Virus record (IMG/VR): IMGVR_UViG_3300032318_001202 | Span: 1 to 32,966 of that record | From: a virus | Taxonomy: Duplodnaviria > Caudoviricetes | DNA: 32,966 nt | Reading direction: 5' to 3' (one strand) | Shown here: positions 26,411 through 32,966 of the stretch, in pieces | Position numbering within the stretch: position 1 is the first letter of the stretch | How the letters are laid out: each line of letters starts with the position of its first letter | The notes under the pieces: generated by a model | The model's database searches: none | The model's input: only the letters and a program-made list of their open reading frames with translations | Told to the model about the DNA's origin: nothing | Made by a program: the position numbers and the translations under genes

Positions 26411-27011
26411 ATTGTATACTTTCCGATGTTCTGTCATCATATTGATAGTAGTGAAGTACTTTATCTAGGTGAGTCTCGCTTGTCACAAACGGATACATTC
26501 TCATACACCAATCAATATCTTCTCCGTATGAAACAGCACGAAATGGAATATTCTTTGCGATCTTTGTTGCCCATACACACATATGATACGGAGGACGCTT
26601 AATATCGCCTAGACTTCCATCAGGATTCTGCTTAAGTCCTTCGTGGGGATTACCCATACGGAAATCCACATTGAACTCCTTGCCGTTTACTGAACAATGC
26701 TGTTCAAAGGTAATTACATCCGCAGGCTTGGTTCTCAAGGTTTCAATCAGGGTTGAGATGTAATCTTCAGATACCGCATCATCGTCATCCAAAAAGGCAA
26801 TCCACTTGCCTCTAGCCGATTGAATCAAAGCCTGACGCTTTTCGCCGATGCTCATGCTCTTGTTGTCTACAAGAGTTAGAACCTCAACACAAGTCTCGTT
26901 TCCAATCTGCTTCAACAAACGATTGTAGGTTGGAATCAAACACTTCTCAAGACGAGAAGGAATTGAAAGAATCAGAACGCTGAGTAAGATTTCATTAGGA
27001 GGCGTTGGCAT
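26397..27011 (-). CDS. GT2-family glycosyltransferase
   Basis: LSVLILSIPSR, IGEKRQ, ARGKWIAFLDDDD, GEDIDW; ATG 27011 preferred, giving a short overlap with the upstream gene. Confidence 0.85.
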   Translation of the reverse strand: MPTPPNEILLSVLILSIPSRLEKCLIPTYNRLLKQIGNETCVEVLTLVDNKSMSIGEKRQALIQSARGKWIAFLDDDDAVSEDYISTLIETLRTKPADVITFEQHCSVNGKEFNVDFRMGNPHEGLKQNPDGSLGDIKRPPYHMCVWATKIAKNIPFRAVSYGEDIDWCMRMYPFVTSETHLDKVLHYYQYDDRTSESIQYAKR

Positions 27012-27684
27012 GTTGTGGCAAACCGAAGTTTGCTGCCTTTCTTTGTTGATATAACGCACCGTCACGGGCGTAGAGTTCGCGGTTCTCGTTACGCATGTAT
27101 AGAGCATCCACACCGATCTCTATCCAAAAGTGACGAATAATAACCTTGTCAAGGTAAGTTGCTTTTCCTAGAATCCTGCTGACATCTGTAAACTCGTTGT
27201 CGGGGAAAACGCTGATGTATTCAGGATTGTAGATGTAACCAAAACGGTCAAAATACTTCTTGCCGAAAATGCAAAGAGTATTCAAACGCTCGCCTTGCTT
27301 GCCATCGTTGTAATGAAGCACACCATCGCCATCAGGATAGTAGGTCTGCATATCCTGCATGATGATATCATCGTATCCCTGCATCTGAGGAATCATGTCA
27401 TCTGATGCAAGCAGGAGAACATCGTAATCGCCTGCGTGTTCCAAATCAGCATTGATGGCTTGTATCTTAGTTTTTGAATTGCCCCAAAACGCCTTAACAG
27501 AATCACCTTGCTTGGCAATCCAGTTACGCATACCTGCATTATTCATGGTGGCATCGTCAAGATCAAACGAGCACAAAAACCGAACATCGTGCTTGCCTGA
27601 TGCCATATTCTTGTAGAGATTAAACACCTCCATGAACTTAGCCGGACGCGATCTGCTTGGTAACTTAATCAGTAATTTCGCCAT
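26995..27684 (-). CDS. GT-A fold glycosyltransferase, paralogue of the N-domain of 24851..26410
   Basis: LPSRSRP, DLDD, SKTKIQAIN, ASDDMIP, FGYIYNPEY, DNEFT. Confidence 0.8.
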   Translation of the reverse strand: MAKLLIKLPSRSRPAKFMEVFNLYKNMASGKHDVRFLCSFDLDDATMNNAGMRNWIAKQGDSVKAFWGNSKTKIQAINADLEHAGDYDVLLLASDDMIPQMQGYDDIIMQDMQTYYPDGDGVLHYNDGKQGERLNTLCIFGKKYFDRFGYIYNPEYISVFPDNEFTDVSRILGKATYLDKVIIRHFWIEIGVDALYMRNENRELYARDGALYQQRKAANFGLPQHANAS

Positions 27685-27964
27685 GTAATTCCGCCTCCTC
27701 GTTGAATTCTTCTATGGTGCAGCGATTCAAAAGCACAGGAGTTCCTTCTCCAAGATAGCCTCCGAGTGTATTCACTTCAAGCCACTCGTAAGCATCAATA
27801 ACATCCATGCCTTGTTTTACTAGAATGTCTAAACACTTCTCGTAGTCGTAGACAGCCACAGGAACAGTCTGTCCAAACTTACGAAGACTTCCGAGAAAGG
27901 CTTCTTGAAATTCAGGATAGACGATTATCTCATCCTTCCGCTTCAATGGTTTCCGTGGATTCAT
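27665..27964 (-). CDS. Conserved hypothetical phage protein
   Basis: 99 aa; AVYDYEKC...GM...AYEW...N..GGYLGEGTP pattern; overlaps both neighbours. Confidence 0.75.
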   Translation of the reverse strand: MNPRKPLKRKDEIIVYPEFQEAFLGSLRKFGQTVPVAVYDYEKCLDILVKQGMDVIDAYEWLEVNTLGGYLGEGTPVLLNRCTIEEFNEEAELHGEITD

Positions 27965-29000
27965 TGGTTGCCTCGCTTTCCGTCATATCAGAACCATACT
28001 TGAATTCTTTGGCAGCAGCGGCTTCCAAAGCCGACATGACTTCAGGAGTAAAGAACTTGGTTGGGTTCTTAACAATCTGACTTTCAAAAGCGGTAGTGCC
28101 GTTAGGCAATTCAATCTTTGTGGAAACCTTCTTGAAGACTCCCTGCTTGAGAGCAAGATCAACCAACCCGTAGTAACGATCAAGTCCCTTGTCAAAGGTC
28201 AGAAGAACATCCACCATCTTGTTCTCTCGGGTTAGACGACCCTTGTACAGTTTGCAATGAATGATATTACCAACAATCTCATCGTCAACCTTGTGCTTCT
28301 TCTTGGAGAGATACACAATGGTAGATGCTGCATACTTGAGTCCCGTGCCGCCGCCCATCTCCTTGGTTGGCACATAAGCACCCACCACATCATAGGTGTG
28401 ATTGGTCATCACCATAGGAATATTGTAAAGACCCAACTTCATGGTGAGAACGCGGAAGGTTCCCTTGATGACTTGAGCGCGAGTCATGTCTCGCACTTCC
28501 TTACCTTCCAAGGTATCGTTGGTTTCCTTGGAGGTACTCAACATGCCTAGCGAATCAAGAACAACAAAGAAAGGCTTACGCTTCTTCTCGTCCAACTTGC
28601 CGTAGTTGTCAATTATTTGCAGCAACTGATGACGGAAAGTTTCAACGGTAGCAACAGGAAATACTGCTACACGATTAGGATCAAGACCTCGTGACTTAAT
28701 CATGTCGCTAGTGACAGCCTGCTCGGAATCAAAGTAAAGAATTGCACCTTCAGGATTGTCAGCCAAGAACTTTGCTGCAATACCAAGAGCAAAATAAGTC
28801 TTGCCTGTGGCACTTTCGCCTGCGATGCCAAGAATCTTGTTGTTGGCAATTCCGCCGTTCAGAGAACCTGAAAGCAGAGCATTCAGAGAGTAAGAACCTG
28901 TATTTACAAATCCCGTAACATCTCCCTCAACTCCATCCTCTGCAAGTGAGGCAAACTCATTACCCGATGCACGAATCATATTCTTTAAAAAGTCACTCAT
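27930..29000 (-). CDS. uvsX: UvsX RecA-like recombinase
   Basis: TGSYSLNALLSG, AGESATGKT, YFDSE, LDSLGMLS, DMTRAQ, TNHTY, MGGGTGLKYAAS. Confidence 0.97.
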   Translation of the reverse strand: MSDFLKNMIRASGNEFASLAEDGVEGDVTGFVNTGSYSLNALLSGSLNGGIANNKILGIAGESATGKTYFALGIAAKFLADNPEGAILYFDSEQAVTSDMIKSRGLDPNRVAVFPVATVETFRHQLLQIIDNYGKLDEKKRKPFFVVLDSLGMLSTSKETNDTLEGKEVRDMTRAQVIKGTFRVLTMKLGLYNIPMVMTNHTYDVVGAYVPTKEMGGGTGLKYAASTIVYLSKKKHKVDDEIVGNIIHCKLYKGRLTRENKMVDVLLTFDKGLDRYYGLVDLALKQGVFKKVSTKIELPNGTTAFESQIVKNPTKFFTPEVMSALEAAAAKEFKYGSDMTESEATNESTETIEAEG

Positions 29001-29020
29001 TGTGTAATCTCCATTTTGTT

Positions 29021-29049
29021 AGTATATCATCATTTTCGCTGCCAGTCAA
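29021..29049 (-). promoter_or_regulatory. Sigma70-like promoter TTGACT-17-TATACT (extended -10 TG) for uvsX
   Basis: -35 at 29049-29044, -10 at 29026-29021, followed by GGAG SD and ATG 29000. Confidence 0.8.
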
Positions 29050-29200
29050 GTCTTTTAAGAGCGTCTTTCACCCTTTTTCGTTTCTCTCGGATTTCCTGTT
29101 CACGCTCTCGTTTATCTTTAATGTGTTCTGTGATTATATGAAGAATCACTCCTATCGTAAAGCATAAACTAGTTATAAAAACTATTTCATTCATGTTCAT
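29030..29200 (-). CDS. Small single-pass membrane protein (56 aa)
   Basis: Not in the ORF track. MNMNEIVFITSLCFTIGVILHIITEHIKDKREREQEIREKRKRVKDALKRLDWQRK; ATGA overlap with the gp43 stop; fills the gap. Confidence 0.7.
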   Translation of the reverse strand: MNMNEIVFITSLCFTIGVILHIITEHIKDKREREQEIREKRKRVKDALKRLDWQRK

Positions 29201-31728
29201 GTGAACAATCCCTCAAGACTGCTAACCTCTCGCATATGCCACCCAATCACATTTAAAATCGCATTCAAAGGCTCTTCAAACGCTTTCTCAAATTGAGTGT
29301 CATAATCTATGTATTTGGCTTCAAGACCAAACTCCTTTGGAATTCCTACAGTAAAAGAAATTACTTTATCCCGAATAGGATTTGGAACACGCAAATACAC
29401 ATATTTAATCTTTTCGCCATCGCCTATCTTTGGAAATAGTTTTGATAGATTTTTTTCACGCAACCAGTGATTATAAAGTAATGCGCCTTTAACATGCAGG
29501 GGAGTTGACTTACGATATATGGTGGTATCATCCCGATACTCTTTCAATCCATTACAGCCTCGTGGAAATGCAATCTCTTCCACACTACGATTAAAAAAAT
29601 CTGTCTTGAAGGCTGCAACATAATCTCGTAGTTGAGATTCGCTACCTTCCATTATGATACCAATAGATTTCTTTAGAGCATCACGAACAATTTCAGGAGT
29701 GCTGCTCTTTGCAGTTTCAAGACCCATGATTTTAGTTTCAGGCTTGCTCAAAAGAACATCATCTTCGCCCATCCAAATGCTCAACATGTATCGCTTCTTG
29801 GCTGTCCAAATACCCTTGGATGAAATACCTTCTCGCTTCATACGCATCTTTTGAGCGTAGGCGTTCTGTTGTTCTGCAAGAGAAGCGTACTGCTTATCAA
29901 TAAACGGCTGCAATACTTCGTTGCAGAACTTGTTCAAGAACTTTGTAATCTTTTGTGAATCAGTTTCTTTTGGAATCACCTGCTTCACAAGGGAACCCAA
30001 TCTCAAATACACCGAATCAGTATCCGATGCAATCACATAATCTACCCCTGTTGTCTTTAGAGTTTTATTCAAGAATTGATTCAATCCATTCTCAATCCAA
30101 CGAATGGATACCTGTCCTGAAATCGTAATAGCCTCGGCAATCTCTTGATCGTAATAGCGGAAGTATTGATTACCACAAGCACCGAATGCAGAGTTTAATT
30201 GAATCTTGCGAACCAACTGAAAGTTGTGAAACTTTGTAATATCAAGTTTTAGTTGTGCTTCCTGTTCGGGTGTAGGATTCACAAGTTTCTTTAGAGCGGC
30301 TTTGGCTTCCAACATCTTTTTCTTGAAAGCCTTGCGCTCCTCATACATGGTTTCCATTAGTTGTGGCAAGAAGCCTTGTGTATCCTTACGAAACGCTACA
30401 CAGTTTCCTGCTACACTAAGATTCTTGACTCGCATGTTATCAAGATAATCCCTCGCGCCTGCGTGTGCGCCCGAGCCCGCGAGGAAGTCATTCACACTAA
30501 ATTTATTACGAGTTCCTGCATTAGTCTTGGTTTCAGGCGACAGATTGTATTGCATGATGAGATGCGGATACAGAGAGTCCAAGTCAAAACTTACAACCCA
30601 ATCGTGTGCTCCAACGATAGGGTCTTTCACATACGCACCTTCAAACTTTGTTTCTTTATCTTCGGCTTCTCCCTTCATGGGAATAGCAATTCGCTTCTTG
30701 GTCAGGTGGTGATAGATAATAGCATCCCATGTGCGAACCTGCGAGAACACATCGTTAAGATTTACCTTGGCGGAATACGCAAGTGCTAGAGCAAGTTCCA
30801 TCAATTTAAGTTTGTTCTCAAGCATTCCCACAAGCAGAGTATCGTGGTGATTGTACTCCATAAATTTTTGGAAATCATTCTTGTAGAATTCGGCTAGAGT
30901 ACCATCATAGTGCTTCTTACGCTCTCCCAACTCCACCCAAACAATATGGTCAAGTTTATAGGTTTCGCGGGTCACATAAGTGAACTTACGATACAGATCA
31001 AAGTAGTCCAAGGTAGCGATCCCTAGCAGGTCATACACCTCGTTCTTTTTGTTCATTACTTCCACTTCGCGTGAACGAATCTCACGCCAAGGAGAAAGAC
31101 GCATGGCTTCCTTCTCGTCAAACAGGCGAGTGATACGATTCACAAGATACGGAATATCAAAGAAGTTAACATTCCATCCTGTCACAATGTCTATGTCCAT
31201 TGCTTCCCATGCTGCAAGGAAGTCTCGCAACATGTGCTTCTCGTCGTCGTATTGGAAACACTTCGCATCAGGAATAGTAAACTCACCCAATCCAAACACC
31301 AACACCTTGTTGCCTACCTTGAGAGTAATGGCATTCACTCGTTCGGTTGCAGTCTTAATGGACGGAAAGCCTCCCTCGCATTCCGTCTCAATATCAATAA
31401 AAGCCACCTTTAGTTTAGATGGATCGTATTCCACTTCATTTGGAAACGCTTCACCAATGTATTGATACAACCATTCCGTATTTCCAAATATTTCAAATCC
31501 AACCACTCCCTTGTATTCGCTGATAAACTCTTTGGCATCACGAATGGAACCAGGCTTGAAAGGCTCAACATACTTGCCGTCAAGAGTCTGCCACTCCGTC
31601 TTCTTGCCTTTTGCAGGCACAAACAAAGTAGGCATGAACGGAACCTTTTCGGCTATCCGCTTGCCGTTCTCGTATCCACGATACAGAATATGAGAACCTC
31701 TAACAGCAACATGGGTGTAAAATTTCAT
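29197..31728 (-). CDS. gp43: T4-like family B DNA polymerase
   Basis: Exonuclease DIET, GWNVNFFDIPY, YKLD; polymerase SFDLDSLYPH, KIQLNSAFG, SDTDS, KKRY. Confidence 0.98.
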   Translation of the reverse strand: MKFYTHVAVRGSHILYRGYENGKRIAEKVPFMPTLFVPAKGKKTEWQTLDGKYVEPFKPGSIRDAKEFISEYKGVVGFEIFGNTEWLYQYIGEAFPNEVEYDPSKLKVAFIDIETECEGGFPSIKTATERVNAITLKVGNKVLVFGLGEFTIPDAKCFQYDDEKHMLRDFLAAWEAMDIDIVTGWNVNFFDIPYLVNRITRLFDEKEAMRLSPWREIRSREVEVMNKKNEVYDLLGIATLDYFDLYRKFTYVTRETYKLDHIVWVELGERKKHYDGTLAEFYKNDFQKFMEYNHHDTLLVGMLENKLKLMELALALAYSAKVNLNDVFSQVRTWDAIIYHHLTKKRIAIPMKGEAEDKETKFEGAYVKDPIVGAHDWVVSFDLDSLYPHLIMQYNLSPETKTNAGTRNKFSVNDFLAGSGAHAGARDYLDNMRVKNLSVAGNCVAFRKDTQGFLPQLMETMYEERKAFKKKMLEAKAALKKLVNPTPEQEAQLKLDITKFHNFQLVRKIQLNSAFGACGNQYFRYYDQEIAEAITISGQVSIRWIENGLNQFLNKTLKTTGVDYVIASDTDSVYLRLGSLVKQVIPKETDSQKITKFLNKFCNEVLQPFIDKQYASLAEQQNAYAQKMRMKREGISSKGIWTAKKRYMLSIWMGEDDVLLSKPETKIMGLETAKSSTPEIVRDALKKSIGIIMEGSESQLRDYVAAFKTDFFNRSVEEIAFPRGCNGLKEYRDDTTIYRKSTPLHVKGALLYNHWLREKNLSKLFPKIGDGEKIKYVYLRVPNPIRDKVISFTVGIPKEFGLEAKYIDYDTQFEKAFEEPLNAILNVIGWHMREVSSLEGLFT

Positions 31729-31730
31729 TC

Positions 31731-32732
31731 TTAATTCGCTTTTGCGTATACAACTGTTCTATCAACAGACTTCTTGTTCTTTGTTTTTGTCTGATGTACT
31801 TGTCTTGCAGAAGAACAAACTTCATATTCATCAACAACCGTGAATCCTAAATCTTGATGTGCTGTACGAACACTCTCCCACATATCGTTAGTTCCAACTT
31901 TGGCAACATTCCAACAAGACTTGCCGTTGGGATTGAGATGAGACACACACTTCTGTATCAAAGGATTAAGGAACTTCTCATTCCATTGTGCATAATTTGA
32001 TGTGTTGGAAACGGATTGCGTAGACTCTTTGCAGTATATCTCTAAATCAAAATACGGAGGAGAAGTCAATACTACATCAAAATTTCCGATACCGTAATCG
32101 TTCATGTTTAAAGCGTCATCACAAATCAACCGAACCTTAGATTGTACACCCAAAAAATCAACAAGTTCATTCAGATGACTGTAAGTTTCTGTATTGGGAT
32201 CAAAGCCAACATACTCGGCTCCGCTTGCAATTGCACCAAGTAATCGTCCACCCCATCCCATGCACGGATCAAGAACCCGCTTGGCATCCTTAGTTACTAG
32301 TTTTGACATTTGAGGACGATACATGGTTGATTTGCATAACCTACTACAGAAATACACACCTCGTCTTAGTTCTGAAAGGTATGGAGTTGAATGAGAGTTT
32401 CTGTTCCATCTGATAACCTTTTCCAAGAACTTGGGATCACCCCAAAGTTTTCTAAACGAATTGCCTCGGTTATCTTCAATATCCCAAAAGTTAGGAAAGA
32501 AGTGTTCGCACAATTTCATTCCAATTCGGCTTGTACTGTTGATTCTATTTCCGCTTGAATTCCAATCACAAAGATTTACCCAATCCTTCCGAAGTTCCTG
32601 CTCTGTGTAAGAAGGAATAAAATTCACAGTAGACAATTCTTCCGCCAACACAGGAAGTATACCATCAAACTCCGCATCTGTCAAATTACGAGTTGAATAT
32701 CTCTTGTTTAAAAAATTGTTTATGATGCTCAT
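31731..32732 (-). CDS. DNA amino-methyltransferase (N4-C or N6-A)
   Basis: Motif I VLDPCMGWGGR and motif IV TSPPYF. Confidence 0.88.
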   Translation of the reverse strand: MSIINNFLNKRYSTRNLTDAEFDGILPVLAEELSTVNFIPSYTEQELRKDWVNLCDWNSSGNRINSTSRIGMKLCEHFFPNFWDIEDNRGNSFRKLWGDPKFLEKVIRWNRNSHSTPYLSELRRGVYFCSRLCKSTMYRPQMSKLVTKDAKRVLDPCMGWGGRLLGAIASGAEYVGFDPNTETYSHLNELVDFLGVQSKVRLICDDALNMNDYGIGNFDVVLTSPPYFDLEIYCKESTQSVSNTSNYAQWNEKFLNPLIQKCVSHLNPNGKSCWNVAKVGTNDMWESVRTAHQDLGFTVVDEYEVCSSARQVHQTKTKNKKSVDRTVVYAKAN

Positions 32733-32966
32733 TTAGAATAACAGTTCACTAGTATTCGGAGGAACTAATATCTTATGTAGAGATTTGTTCACACAATCAG
32801 GATTAGAAGACAGCAGATTTTTATCAACATAATGAATTTTCATAGAGGGATGTGAACGCCAATCAAGATATGTCCAATACGCACATCTAACATAAGCGTT
32901 CTGTTGCGTTTCACATTTCTTAACTATCTGTTCTTCAAGTTTACTCTTGATTGCTGTGATATTAAA
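32733..32966 (-). CDS. Partial hypothetical protein (C-terminal 77 aa)
   Basis: Open frame from the window end (FNITAIKSKLEEQ...PPNTSELLF) to TAA abutting the methyltransferase ATG. Confidence 0.65.
   Translation of the reverse strand, partial: FNITAIKSKLEEQIVKKCETQQNAYVRCAYWTYLDWRSHPSMKIHYVDKNLLSSNPDCVNKSLHKILVPPNTSELLF

Noticed and set aside
27012-27113. Extended N-termini given by the ORF track (also 24846-24872, 26411-26440, 8560-8577)
   Set aside because: Downstream ATGs give shorter, typical overlaps and start at the domain boundary
15758-27684. Host O-antigen locus or prophage boundary
   Set aside because: Flanked by and overlapping T4 core genes on both sides; no wzx/wzy/ABC exporter, integrase or att site seen
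14320-31728. Inteins or introns in gp41, UvsX or gp43
   Set aside because: Lengths are normal and motifs collinear, with no splice-junction signatures
1-32966. Stop-codon reassignment
   Set aside because: Core genes are full length and coding density is high under the standard bacterial code

Overview
A 33-kb segment of a large T4-like (myovirus-type) dsDNA phage genome. Essentially all genes are on the minus strand and are tightly coupled. In transcription order (high to low coordinates): a partial ORF, an amino-DNA methyltransferase, gp43 DNA polymerase, a small unannotated membrane ORF and UvsX. Next is a ~12-kb glycan island inserted between uvsX and the gp41 helicase (GT2-like glycosyltransferases, RfbH/E1 3-dehydrase, NDP-glucose 4,6-dehydratase, split transketolase, SDR enzymes, a fungal-type GT15 mannosyltransferase, two methyltransferases). 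Then come gp41, an atypical tRNA-Ile(UAU), a GroES-like co-chaperonin and an HNH nuclease. A late block follows, then gp61 primase, ThyX and a collagen-like fibre gene running off the window. The late block is the most striking part. It holds a KxDG ligase-like protein, a ~1000-aa multidomain protein (HIGH nucleotidyltransferase + RimK ATP-grasp ligase + RimB-like aspartyl protease + two small domains), a DUF5824-like half protein and a lysozyme. These begin with N-termini resembling the T4 capsid-targeting sequence, which suggests a virion-packaged, protease-matured set of host-modifying enzymes. Several early and late promoters appear to give leaderless mRNAs. All family assignments come from motif recognition by eye; no database search was run.
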